Below are positions 8,601-17,428 of a stretch of 24,581 bases of DNA, one piece after another. A program made the position numbers and the translations under genes. The first letter of the stretch is position 1. Every line of letters begins with the position of its first letter. The stretch lies in NCBI GenBank assembly GCA_046075565.1, contig JBJTQJ010000029.1, positions 1 to 24,581 of the forward strand, given 5' to 3'. The notes under the pieces were generated by a model. The model was given only the letters and a program-made list of their open reading frames with translations. It was not told the origin of the DNA and ran no database searches. Source of the stretch: Verrucomicrobiales bacterium. GTDB taxonomy: Bacteria > Verrucomicrobiota > Verrucomicrobiia > Verrucomicrobiales > SLCJ01.

Positions 8601-11410
8601 ATTCCGCCGAGCGTATCGCCCGCACCACCGTGCAAATGACCGTGCATGGGGCCGATTACTACGCATGGGAAGGACTGGAAGGCGTGCGTGTGGATCTGCT
8701 GCCTGATAAGAAGATCTATCAGCCCGGCGACACGGCACGCCTGCTCGTGAAGACCCCGATCGCGGGCACCGCTCTGGTCACCGTGGAACGCGAGGGCATC
8801 GAACGTGCATTCGTGACGAAGCTGGCCGGTTCGGCTCCGGTCATTGAAGTGCCGCTATCCGACATGGATGCGCCGAATACCCATGTGGGTGTGATGATCG
8901 TGGAAGGCGCGGCGGCAAGTCAACTCAAGTTCCCGATGCCGCGCGCGAAGTTCGGATACACCAGGCTGACCATCGAACAACGCCTGCCCAAACTCACCGT
9001 GGCGGTGCGTCCGATGCGCGAGAGTGTGCGTCCCGGTGGCGAAGCGACCGTGGCCGTGAAGGTGACCGACCACGCCGGCAAGGCGGTGACCGATGCGTCG
9101 ATCATTTTCACCGCCGTGGATGAGGGCGTGCTGGCCGTAACCGGTTTTGAAAATCCCGACCCGCTCGGGTATTTCCATCCCTCCCGCAGCCTGCGGGTGC
9201 GCACCTCGGCCACCTTCCCGAATTTGCTCGCGGAGAATCCGGAGGAGCTGTCTGCCTATAACAAAGGCTATATCATCGGCGGTGGTGATGGCGCAGGCAT
9301 GGGCCGTATGAAGACACGCACGGATTTCACTCCCTGCGCGCATTTCGCATTCAAAGCCCGCACCGATGCCACCGGCCAGGCTTCGATCACCTTCACTACC
9401 CCGGACACGCTCACCCGTTACCGCCTTGTCGCGGTGGTGGCCGCGCCGGACGGCTGGCGGTTCGGCACCGGCACCGCGAATCTGGAAGTGACCAAACCGC
9501 TCATGCTCGAGCCCTCGCCCCCGCGTTTCGCCCACGTGGGCGACATCATGGTCGTGCGGGCGCTCCTGCTCAACCAATCGCCGGTTGATGGCGTGTTTTC
9601 AGTCGTGCTCGAACCGGATAGCTTGGTTGCCTTGCAAAGCACACCGCGCGCGGAAGTGGCCCTAGCCGCCGGCGCGCAACAAACCGTCGAGTTCACGGTG
9701 AACTTCGCCCAAGCGGGCACGACGAAATGGCGTTGGCGGGCCACCCCGGTGCGCTTCAACGGGAACCTTCCTCCGGATCTCGAACCCGAGATGAATGACT
9801 CGGTCGAGACGACTTTCAAAGTGGAACACCCGGTGCCCATCTTGCGGGAAATCTTCCACGCGCGTCTGAATCCCCAAGCCAAGGAAGCGGCGCTGCTGGA
9901 AACCGCCTCGCCGAACTTGCGCGCGGGCGATGGACAGGTGCTTGTTAGCATCGCCAACACCCGGTTGGTCGATGCATTGCCGGCCGTTCGGCATTTGCAG
10001 GGGTATCCCTACGGCTGCGTCGAACAGACGTCCTCCGGCATGATGCCCTGGCTGGTCGCCGATTCCCTGCGCCAACTGCTTCCTGAAACTCCATCTGCCG
10101 AAGCAGGCAAAAAAGCCATCGCTATGGGCGTGCGCCGCCTGACTTCGATGCAGACGAACTCCGGCGGTCTCGGCTATTGGCCGGGCGCGGATGAACCTGA
10201 TTTCTGGGGCAGCGTGGCCGCCGCCCATGTGCTCATGCTGGCCAAACAAGGCGGACACGAGGTCGCCGATTCCCTGCTCGATCCCCTGGTCGAGTATTTG
10301 AAAAACGGTCTCGTCGAAGCGATGGGGAAAAACGACAACTACTATCGCGCCACCAGCGCGAAGGCTTTGTATGTGCTCGCCCTCGCCGGAAAAGCGGATG
10401 TCGCGATCATGAACAAGCTGGCGACCTCGGCTACCTTGAGCAAGGACTACGGACCCGAGAGCGCGCTCTATCTCGCTCTCGCTTTCGCGACCACGAAAGA
10501 CGGCAAGGAAGAAGCCGCTCGTTTGTTGGCCTCTTGGAAAGCCCCTGAGAAGGGGAATTGGACATGGTGGTATGACTCATCGATCCTCGATTCGTTGCGC
10601 GTGCAAGCCATGGCCAGCGCGGGCATGGATCGTTCGGTCGTCGAGCCGGTGGTGGAGGAGATGCTGGCCGCTCGCAACGCCGAAGGAGACTGGGGCAGCA
10701 CCTACACCAACAGCGCGGCCGTATTCGCCCTCGCGGCCTACCACCGCACCTACGAGAAGAATTTCGGGGCCGCCAAGGCCGTGGTAGCATGGGAAGGCCA
10801 GAGCCGTGATGTCACGCTCGATGCGAAACCCCAGAGAGCCACCATCGTGATTGGTCTGCACGAGATGGCGCCCGGCGCTCGTCCGGTGATTCAACTCGCC
10901 GATGGGCCATCGCTTTACGTGCAAACCGAGTTGGCGGCGCGCCCGACGGAAATGCCACGCAAACGCAATAGCCCGGCCTTCTCCATCGAGCGGATTTACC
11001 GCAAGGTCCAACCCGATGGCACACTGGTGCCGGAAGACAACTTCCGCGTCGGTGATCTCGTCGCCGTATCGTTGAACGTGAAGGCGACCGGTTCGCACCT
11101 TTATCTGGCGGTCGATGATCCGCTGCCAGCTTCCCTTGAGGCGGTGAACCCCGAATTCACCTCCCAAGGTGGAAACGAAGCCGCCATGAGCAGCGCGCAA
11201 ACCTGGGCCAGCGACCACACGGAACTCCGTGACAGCCGCGCATTGTTCTTCATGAACAATCTTTACCGGGGCGGAGAATACACCATCACCTATCTGGCCC
11301 GCGTCTCCAAAGCCGGCAATGCCTTCGCGCCTCCGACGAAAATCGAGGCGATGTATGATCCCACCTCGACGGCACTTGGCGAAGGCGGGCCGTTCCGGAC
11401 CAGCCCGTGA
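5603..11410 (+). CDS. Bacterial alpha-2-macroglobulin (YfhM-like, thioester-containing)
   Basis: ~1935 aa. Signal peptide, N-terminal Ig-like domains (G.W.W...FVP....GTTY.V), MG2 motif FTDRGVYRPGETVH, AVDEGVL, thioester GYPYGCVEQ (CVEQ at 10016-10027), C-terminal VDDPLPASLE and EAMYDP; adjacent to pbpC. ATG 5603 is preferred over 5585 because it gives a cleaner signal peptide. Confidence 0.96.
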   Translation: MKSFRLPVSGLLLSFTLCLQAQQPPAPSLEAAALLVNQEEMTHEFTLEAAFPRPMVEDAAVGKTADSPAKITPAWAGKWVWESPRVAKFVPSEAPKMGTTYEVAMKSGLKDLGGAKVDGGKAVKVKSPGLQITSESRPIYPEDRPPNARQTPTLLLMNAPVSSESLRNATRYVDANGRSATATARFARWEELSTSARANLVFSDQMVRQQPALATEDIPERSLSSSVSWALVITPDAPLPAGEDWELAVDGSISAAENSKLKLGQASRFKFGTILPGTVRGIEQWAPVDGENSITINFDKRVELTPEIAAKFVRITPAVEPAPKAEASGTSLTLTSPGFAFNSTYKVEVLEGFPAADGLPISNGRVEPNLVFVPNRPSVALPSTNEVQLTNGRGVYPIDYVNVRSLKVRVREIPSEELPKVLRSYQNYTNGMGDEGEGRRYGFPLAAELIPGTEIFNETIKLDPVPEINRSGNLELEWETILKGKRPAALFVQVEGLRPIGRDDGGVALGQSVVQISDLGLAWKNGDEDMLVYAFSHTTGAPVPDTELSIHNRDGNVVHSARTDKEGLARFPKPADADYIRARNGKDSHATLLQLDDPNYSPWRLGASYYDWRQLKEDKRGALIFTDRGVYRPGETVHVAGLVRDFKVSLPLIAEEKTATLKLLDDNNRVFHEEEITLGSCGQFGASVKLPEASVGYYHASITLPMRKVAAKSESEDEGSDSGDEEETGDEPAVDPTQSTPSFAHYFMVQEFKRNTFELSMPVADSFLAPATIELPVTATYYLGAPVSKGDLRWSAHFSSQGFYPENFRDFLFADQREFDGGYWSYYYGLDYYYSPQRSTAYLNGEMQLDAVGAAKLIIEVPEEKEFPSPRRAFITSEVTDANQQTLSVQAQTMLHPADFYLGIGRPGEVIRAGDKLSLPLVAVTPDGKKVPQPVEASLIIQKKTWNTIEVKQAGGGMVKRNEESMVETARSSIVITEGARTDLSFAETGEYHVTIEAKDSAERIARTTVQMTVHGADYYAWEGLEGVRVDLLPDKKIYQPGDTARLLVKTPIAGTALVTVEREGIERAFVTKLAGSAPVIEVPLSDMDAPNTHVGVMIVEGAAASQLKFPMPRAKFGYTRLTIEQRLPKLTVAVRPMRESVRPGGEATVAVKVTDHAGKAVTDASIIFTAVDEGVLAVTGFENPDPLGYFHPSRSLRVRTSATFPNLLAENPEELSAYNKGYIIGGGDGAGMGRMKTRTDFTPCAHFAFKARTDATGQASITFTTPDTLTRYRLVAVVAAPDGWRFGTGTANLEVTKPLMLEPSPPRFAHVGDIMVVRALLLNQSPVDGVFSVVLEPDSLVALQSTPRAEVALAAGAQQTVEFTVNFAQAGTTKWRWRATPVRFNGNLPPDLEPEMNDSVETTFKVEHPVPILREIFHARLNPQAKEAALLETASPNLRAGDGQVLVSIANTRLVDALPAVRHLQGYPYGCVEQTSSGMMPWLVADSLRQLLPETPSAEAGKKAIAMGVRRLTSMQTNSGGLGYWPGADEPDFWGSVAAAHVLMLAKQGGHEVADSLLDPLVEYLKNGLVEAMGKNDNYYRATSAKALYVLALAGKADVAIMNKLATSATLSKDYGPESALYLALAFATTKDGKEEAARLLASWKAPEKGNWTWWYDSSILDSLRVQAMASAGMDRSVVEPVVEEMLAARNAEGDWGSTYTNSAAVFALAAYHRTYEKNFGAAKAVVAWEGQSRDVTLDAKPQRATIVIGLHEMAPGARPVIQLADGPSLYVQTELAARPTEMPRKRNSPAFSIERIYRKVQPDGTLVPEDNFRVGDLVAVSLNVKATGSHLYLAVDDPLPASLEAVNPEFTSQGGNEAAMSSAQTWASDHTELRDSRALFFMNNLYRGGEYTITYLARVSKAGNAFAPPTKIEAMYDPTSTALGEGGPFRTSP

Positions 11411-11419
11411 GTTTCCATC

Positions 11420-13741
11420 ATGGCGGATTCCCCCGATTCGACCGCTCCGGATAAAAATGTGCCGCGTCGGCGCTGGCTTCGTTGGCCGGGTCGTCGCTCG
11501 CGGCGCGTGCTGCTCGGCGCGATGACGGCGGTAGTGCTCGTTTGGTTCGCCGGACCGTGGCTCACGCCCGTGCCGCCGGCCTTGCTCGAACCATCACCCG
11601 AGCCGGCATTGATTGTCGATCGGCACGGCGCGCCACTGCGGCATCCGCTCGATCCCACCAGCGGCACCCGGCGGGCAGCGGTAGAAGAACCACTGCCCGA
11701 CACACTTGTGAAGTGTTTGCTGGCAGCGGAGGATAGCCGATTCCAGAGTCATGATGGATTCGATTTTCTCGCCGCCGGGCGCGCAGTGTTTCAATTGGTC
11801 AAGGAGGGCGAGGTTGTTTCCGGTGCCTCCACCATCACCCAGCAACTGGTAAAAGTGCGCCTTCACCGCGACCAGCCGCGCACCGCATTAAGGAAAGTCC
11901 GCGAGATCTGGCTCGCCCGCGCCCTCGAACGCAAACTCGACAAAGCAAGTATTCTCGAAGCCTATTTGGAGGAAGTGGACTTCGGCAATCTCAACCGGGG
12001 CGTGCGGCAGGCTTCGCGGGATTATTTCGGCAAACCGCTCGCCGCCCTCTCGCTCGCCGAATCCGCCACGCTCGCCGGATTGCCCCTTGCTCCGAGCCGA
12101 CTCAATCCGCGCAAATATCCGGATCGCGCCCGGCAACGACGCGACACCGTGCTCGATCGGCTCGCCGAAACTGGCAATATCCCCGCCGCCGAGATCGCCC
12201 GAGCCCGCGCCGAGCCAATGGTCATCCGTCCGCCGCGCACGGCCTTTCTCGCCCCCCACTTCGCCGACCTTCTCGCCGCCACTCCACCCGGCGGCATCAC
12301 CCGCACCACGCTGGACTCTGAAATCCAATCCTTCGCCACCGCGCGCTTGCGCCAGCACCTCCGGCGACTCGCCGACCGCAATGTGAACCAGGGCGCGGTG
12401 TTGGTTTTGGAAAACACCAACGGCGGCGTGCTCGCTCTGGTCGGCTCCGGCGACTACCGCGAGGGCACGGCCGGTCAAGTCAATCATGCCCTTTCTCTCC
12501 GTTCACCCGGCTCGACCCTCAAACCGTTCACCTATCTGCTGGGCTTTGAGAATGGTTTCGGTCCGTGGTCGGTGCTGGCCGACATTCCGACCAGCTTTCC
12601 CTCCACCACCGGTCCCTATCGTCCGGCGAATTTCGACAAACGCTTCCGAGGGCCTGTCACCGCCCGAGAAGCTCTGGCCAACTCGCTCAATGTTCCCGCT
12701 GTCCGTTTGCTCAATGACTGCGGCGGAGCACCGGCGCTGGTTGATATGATGCGTCGATTTGGTTTCACCCTGCCGCCGGGAACCGCTGCCACTTGCGGAC
12801 TCGGCCTCACCCTCGGGAATGCCGAAACAACGCTCTGGGATCTCGCCGTCGCCTACGGCACCCTCGCTCGCGGCGGTTTTCCACTCGTGCCAACCCTTCG
12901 GCTCGATGCGCCGGCCAACGTCAAGCCGCCGGTGATCGATCCCGCGCTGGTTTGGCTCGTCACCGATATCCTGCGCGACAATACCGCGCGCTCCGGCAGT
13001 TTTTCCCTCGATTCTCCGCTGCGGCTGCCTTTCCCGGCCGCGGTCAAAACCGGCACGAGCACGGATTTCCGCGACAACTGGACGGTCGGTTACACCCCCG
13101 AATATACGGTCGCCGTCTGGGTGGGAAATAGCGACAACTCCCCCATGCGCCATGTGTCGGGCGTCGATGGCGCCGGGCCGATTTTCGCCGAGGTGATGGG
13201 TCACCTGCACCGCGCGAAAGCACCGGCATGGCCGGATCCTCCGCCGTCGATTCTGGTCCTTGATATCGATCCTTTGACCGGAAAACGGGTTCCCGCGGGT
13301 CATCCGCGCGCGCGCCGCGAGTTCGCCCATGCCTCCCATCTCCCGCCTTCGCTCGCCGAGGCCGACACCGCCGCCAACGGACGCGTTATCCTCCCGGCGG
13401 AATACCGGGCGTGGCTGGCGTCGCCGGAAAACCGGCATCCCGCTCGTTTCGCCGGTGTCACCGCACCATTGGAAAAATCTGTCCCGAGAATCCTCTTTCC
13501 CGCCCCCGGAACCACCATCGTGCTCGATCCGAGTCTCCCGGACAGCGGCGGGAGACTCACCCTTGAGTCGGATTTGGATGAACACCTGCTGGTGGAATGG
13601 ACCTCCCCCACCCTGGCCATCGCAAAGGCCCCAAACCACCGTTCCCAAGCCCGCCTTACACCGGGTCGCCACGAACTCACCGCCACTCACCCCGGTTCCG
13701 GTCAATCGGCTTCCACCTGGATCGAGGTAAAGGAAAGGTGA
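11420..13741 (+). CDS. pbpC: Penicillin-binding protein 1C (class A transglycosylase/transpeptidase)
   Basis: GT51 motifs EDSRF..HDG.D and GASTITQQLVK; transpeptidase motifs STLK, SLN, KTGT; PBP1C-type C-terminal domain; begins 9 nt after the A2M stop. Confidence 0.93.
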   Translation: MADSPDSTAPDKNVPRRRWLRWPGRRSRRVLLGAMTAVVLVWFAGPWLTPVPPALLEPSPEPALIVDRHGAPLRHPLDPTSGTRRAAVEEPLPDTLVKCLLAAEDSRFQSHDGFDFLAAGRAVFQLVKEGEVVSGASTITQQLVKVRLHRDQPRTALRKVREIWLARALERKLDKASILEAYLEEVDFGNLNRGVRQASRDYFGKPLAALSLAESATLAGLPLAPSRLNPRKYPDRARQRRDTVLDRLAETGNIPAAEIARARAEPMVIRPPRTAFLAPHFADLLAATPPGGITRTTLDSEIQSFATARLRQHLRRLADRNVNQGAVLVLENTNGGVLALVGSGDYREGTAGQVNHALSLRSPGSTLKPFTYLLGFENGFGPWSVLADIPTSFPSTTGPYRPANFDKRFRGPVTAREALANSLNVPAVRLLNDCGGAPALVDMMRRFGFTLPPGTAATCGLGLTLGNAETTLWDLAVAYGTLARGGFPLVPTLRLDAPANVKPPVIDPALVWLVTDILRDNTARSGSFSLDSPLRLPFPAAVKTGTSTDFRDNWTVGYTPEYTVAVWVGNSDNSPMRHVSGVDGAGPIFAEVMGHLHRAKAPAWPDPPPSILVLDIDPLTGKRVPAGHPRARREFAHASHLPPSLAEADTAANGRVILPAEYRAWLASPENRHPARFAGVTAPLEKSVPRILFPAPGTTIVLDPSLPDSGGRLTLESDLDEHLLVEWTSPTLAIAKAPNHRSQARLTPGRHELTATHPGSGQSASTWIEVKER

Positions 13742-13914
13742 GCCCGTGAGGGGTTGCGTGGCGATTGTCGCCGCTGCTGCTCGGAAGGCGCGAGATGATG
13801 CCTACACTCTTTCTCAATCAGCCTGCTTTCCCGCGCAGGCATCCGGCCTCCCCGAAGATCGCCATTGAAAGATTCCCCATATGGGCGACGTTCCCTTGAA
13901 TCCAAACCATACCC

Positions 13915-14139
13915 ATGAATACATTCCTTGCTTTCAACCTCGGCGGACCCGAGATGATCATCGTTTTCGTGTTGGTCCTGCTTCTTTTCGGTGCCAAGAA
14001 ATTGCCCGAACTGGCCCGCGGCATCGGCAAGAGCATGGGCGAGTTCAAACGCGCCCGTGAGGACTTCGAACGCGAGATCCACAATGCGGAAGTGGACCCG
14101 GGCTCGAAGCTCGAATCGAAAGACCAGAAGAAGTCCTGA
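13915..14139 (+). CDS. tatA: Twin-arginine translocase subunit TatA/TatE
   Basis: GGPEMIIVFVLVLLLFGAKKLPELARGIGKSMGEFK: TM helix, FG hinge and amphipathic helix. Confidence 0.95.
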   Translation: MNTFLAFNLGGPEMIIVFVLVLLLFGAKKLPELARGIGKSMGEFKRAREDFEREIHNAEVDPGSKLESKDQKKS

Positions 14140-14197
14140 ACCGGAGACTGCCGGAGTGGAAAACCAGGCCGACCTCACGGAACGGCCCGCCGTGCCA

Positions 14198-15274
14198 ATG
14201 AACCGCTTTTTTCTTCCCCTTCTGGCCGTCTTCCACCTCGGATGGACCTGCCAGTGTTCCGACAAACCGAGTTCACCGGATGTCGTGACGACGGATAGCG
14301 CTTCTGGTCCTGCTCCGATTGAAATTGTCGAACCAGCGGCTTCCGTAGGTGCTCCGCAACAGACTGCGGAGGCTGTCGCAACTCCACCCGCCGCACCCGC
14401 GGAATACGCTCCCCGCGCGCGCACCAATTCGCAGCTTGATGAAGGGGTCTTCACCTTCATGTCTTACAATCTGAAGAATTATCTCACGATGGAGCGGGGA
14501 AGCAGCGAAAAGCCGAAGCCCGAGAACGAAATCAAGGCGGTGATTGCCATGATCACCGACGTCAAACCGGACATCCTCGGAGTTTGCGAAATCGGCACGA
14601 AAGAAGATCTTCTCGACCTGCAAAAACGACTCAAAGAAGCGGGCCTGGATCTCCCGAATGCCGACCTCTGCGATGGCCCGGATGCCTATCGGAGTCTCGG
14701 CTTGCTCAGTCGTTATCCCATTGTCTCGACCAACCATCAGACGAATCTCAGCTATCAGATGGCGGGTCAAACCTTCCCCTACAACCGTGGAATTCATGAT
14801 GCTATTGTCGAACCCGCGCCCGGTTACCGTCTGCACCTCCTCGGCACCCATCTCAAATCCAAGCGCCCGGTGGATGAAGGAGATGAAGCGGAAATGCGCC
14901 GCAATGAGTCCCGGCTCCTGCGCAAACACATCGAAGGCATCATGGCCGCCGAGCCCGATACGAATCTGCTCGTTTATGGAGACATGAATGACACCAAGAA
15001 CACCGATGTCATTCTCGACCTCAAGGGCAAGGAAGGACGGCCAGACCATCTTTACGACCTCTGGCTGCGCGACCGTTTCGGCTTCACTTGGACCCATTAT
15101 TGGATCACGGCCGACGAATACGCGCGCATCGATTACATCCTCTATACCAAATCACTCGCGCCCGAGATTCTGAAACAAGACAGCTACGTCCACCACGCGC
15201 CGGAATGGTTCACGGCCAGTGATCACCGGCCTCTGGTGGTGAGGATTTCTCCGAAGGATGTGAAGCCGAAGTGA
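14198..15274 (+). CDS. Exported endonuclease/exonuclease/phosphatase (EEP) family protein
   Basis: Motifs SYNLKNY, PDILGVCEI, THLKS, GDMND, IDYI, SDHRP. The ATG at 14198 gives a signal-like N-terminus and a Pro/Ala linker and avoids overlap with tatA. Confidence 0.9.
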   Translation: MNRFFLPLLAVFHLGWTCQCSDKPSSPDVVTTDSASGPAPIEIVEPAASVGAPQQTAEAVATPPAAPAEYAPRARTNSQLDEGVFTFMSYNLKNYLTMERGSSEKPKPENEIKAVIAMITDVKPDILGVCEIGTKEDLLDLQKRLKEAGLDLPNADLCDGPDAYRSLGLLSRYPIVSTNHQTNLSYQMAGQTFPYNRGIHDAIVEPAPGYRLHLLGTHLKSKRPVDEGDEAEMRRNESRLLRKHIEGIMAAEPDTNLLVYGDMNDTKNTDVILDLKGKEGRPDHLYDLWLRDRFGFTWTHYWITADEYARIDYILYTKSLAPEILKQDSYVHHAPEWFTASDHRPLVVRISPKDVKPK

Positions 15275-15381
15275 TCTCCGCTCCGCCACCGTGGGTGTGA
15301 GGGTGCTTCACTGACCCCTGACTCACGTTGCCACTTGCGCTGGGGACCCGCCTGAGGCGGGGAAAAGGAGTAAAATCTGCC

Positions 15382-15422
15382 GACAAGTTTATCTTGTCCG
15401 GGTCGTAGTGAGGGACCATCTT
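15382..15422 (+). promoter_or_regulatory. Putative promoter with overlapping palindrome upstream of the TraB/GumN gene
   Basis: GACAAG-TTTAT-CTTGTC (15382-15398) overlaps TTGTCC(15394-15399)-N17-CATCTT(15417-15422), which lies 8 nt before the ATG. Confidence 0.4.
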
Positions 15423-15430
15423 ACCCCACT

Positions 15431-16381
15431 ATGAGCCAACTCAAGTTTTCCGCTGCCTGCCTTCTCGCCTTATTGACCATGCCGACGTTTCCCGTTCTGG
15501 CGGAGGATGAGAAGCCGGCCCACCCCGAAAAACCGTTGCTCTGGAAGATCGAGCGGGAAAACGTCCCTCCTTCCTATCTGTTCGGCACCATCCATGTCTC
15601 GGACCCGGGCGTAACAAACCTGCACCCGGCGGCACAGAAGGCTTTTGAGGCATCGAATGCGGTTCACACCGAGGTCTCGATGGATATGAGCGTGCAACTG
15701 GTGGCCACCATGGCCATGCTGCGCAAGGACGGAAAAACACTGAAGCAATCCATAGGACCGGAGTTGTCGGCCAGACTGGATGAGGAGATCGGAAAAATCA
15801 TGCCCGGTTTCAACTCCGCGCCATTCCAACCGATGCGCACATGGGTGCTGCCCATCCTGCTACCGACCATGAAGGAGCAGCTTTCCGGAGCCCAACCCCT
15901 AGACTTGGTGTTGTGGGAGCGTGCCAAAAAGGCGGGAAAAAAGACACGCGGCATCCAAACCACTGCCGACCAGACCAAATCGCTGGACGAACTCAAGGAG
16001 GAAGAACAAATCACTTTCCTCGATCTCTCACTGCAAGCGCTCGCCAAAGCGCGCGAGGACGGCGAGGACCCCATCACCAGCATGATCCAACTTTACCGCA
16101 AGGGAGATCCGGAGGCGCTGTCGAAGTGGTTCCTCGAAGACAAGCAGCGTTCGCTGGACTTGGTCAAAGGCAAACCAGAGGAGGCGCTCTTCGAGAAAAT
16201 CCTCAAGGGTATTCTGAACGACCGCGACGTGGTCATGGCGGACTATGTGAAGAAGACCCTCGAGAAAGAACCGGACAGCACGCACTTCTTCGCTGTCGGC
16301 GCGGCCCACCTCGCCCTCAAGGGCGGAGTGCCGGATACTCTCCGCGAAGCCGGTGTGAAGGTGACTCTTGTCGTCGAGTGA
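15431..16381 (+). CDS. TraB/GumN (TIKI-like) family secreted protein, putative metalloprotease
   Basis: Signal peptide; LLWKI...SYLFGTIHV, LD..L, LNDRD..M, FFAVGAAHL...GV...L...G..V. Confidence 0.92.
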   Translation: MSQLKFSAACLLALLTMPTFPVLAEDEKPAHPEKPLLWKIERENVPPSYLFGTIHVSDPGVTNLHPAAQKAFEASNAVHTEVSMDMSVQLVATMAMLRKDGKTLKQSIGPELSARLDEEIGKIMPGFNSAPFQPMRTWVLPILLPTMKEQLSGAQPLDLVLWERAKKAGKKTRGIQTTADQTKSLDELKEEEQITFLDLSLQALAKAREDGEDPITSMIQLYRKGDPEALSKWFLEDKQRSLDLVKGKPEEALFEKILKGILNDRDVVMADYVKKTLEKEPDSTHFFAVGAAHLALKGGVPDTLREAGVKVTLVVE

Positions 16382-16420
16382 TGCCGAGAACCGGCGCGTT
16401 TTCTGCTTTCCCGATCTCCC

Positions 16421-17428
16421 ATGCCCGAAATTCCCCAATCCAAACGCGGCCCGGTGGACATGCATGTCCACATGATTGGGAATGGACTTTCCGGCTCCGG
16501 TTGCTGGTCGCGCTTGAATTCCTACCGGAAATTCTGCGCCCGCTATCTTCTGCGCGGTATCGGCTTTGATGTCGCGTTGGAGGCGGACGATTTCGATGAC
16601 CAATATGCGGCCTTTCTCGCGTGGCTCGTGCGGGAGTCATCGCTCGGCCACGCCGTCGTGCTTGCCCATGAGGAAGTGTATCACGAGAGCGGAGGCAAAA
16701 TGGATTTCGGGTCATTCCACACCTCGAACGACTGGGTGCTCGAAGCCTCGCGGCGTCATCCCGAGTTGCTGGCTGCGGTATCCATCCACCCCGCGCGACC
16801 CGATGCGATTGACGAGTTGCACCGCTGCGCCGAGGCGGGAGCCGTGATGATGAAACTGCTTCCACCGAGCCAGAATGTGGACTGTTCGCTCCCGGCCTAT
16901 CGGGCATTTTGGGAGACGATGGCCAAACTGCGGATGCCATTTCTCTCCCATACCGGAGGTGAATACACCGTGCCGGTGGTGAGCAGGCGGCTCTTCACTC
17001 CGGAAATGCTGCGGCTCCCTCTCGAGTGCGGGGTGAATGTGATCGCCGCCCACGCGGGCACCCGCAGTGGTCCGCCCGGATTTGAGAAGAACCACGTCTC
17101 GACATTCCTGCGGATGGCCGAGGAATTTCCGAACCTCTTCGCCGACACGAGCGCGCTCAACACACCGAACCGCAGCCACGGCCTGAAAACCTGCCTGCGG
17201 CCGGAAGTGCAGCCGCGCATCGTGCATGGCAGTGACTTTCCGGTGCCCGTGGGGGCAATGTGGCCGCGTCTGCGCGGCCTCGTTACGGGCGAACAGGCTC
17301 GCCACGCTTCCGCGATTGGCAATGTGCTCGAACGCGACTACCGCCTCAAGCTGGACATGGGATTCCAGCCCGAGGTTTTCACGCGAATCTGGGAAATCTT
17401 GCGGGTCTCGGGCTCAACCAATGAATAA
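16421..17428 (+). CDS. Amidohydrolase family protein (amidohydrolase_2-like TIM barrel)
   Basis: Metal-ligand pattern VDMHVH, SIHP.R, LSHTG.E, IAAHAG, ADTSAL, HGSDFP. Confidence 0.88.
   Translation: MPEIPQSKRGPVDMHVHMIGNGLSGSGCWSRLNSYRKFCARYLLRGIGFDVALEADDFDDQYAAFLAWLVRESSLGHAVVLAHEEVYHESGGKMDFGSFHTSNDWVLEASRRHPELLAAVSIHPARPDAIDELHRCAEAGAVMMKLLPPSQNVDCSLPAYRAFWETMAKLRMPFLSHTGGEYTVPVVSRRLFTPEMLRLPLECGVNVIAAHAGTRSGPPGFEKNHVSTFLRMAEEFPNLFADTSALNTPNRSHGLKTCLRPEVQPRIVHGSDFPVPVGAMWPRLRGLVTGEQARHASAIGNVLERDYRLKLDMGFQPEVFTRIWEILRVSGSTNE

Noticed and set aside
13915-13950. TatA N-terminal extension as a rhomboid-cleaved propeptide like Providencia TatA
   Set aside because: MNTFLAFNLGG does not fit the hydrophobic-P4 / small-P1 / hydrophobic-P2' pattern, and no rhomboid gene is in the window.
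13991-14197. N-terminal extension of the EEP ORF overlapping tatA
   Set aside because: It overlaps a confident gene out of frame; the ATG at 14198 gives a signal-like start.
15347-15361. CCCGCC-TGA-GGCGGG hairpin as an intrinsic terminator after the EEP gene
   Set aside because: No U-tract follows it on either strand.
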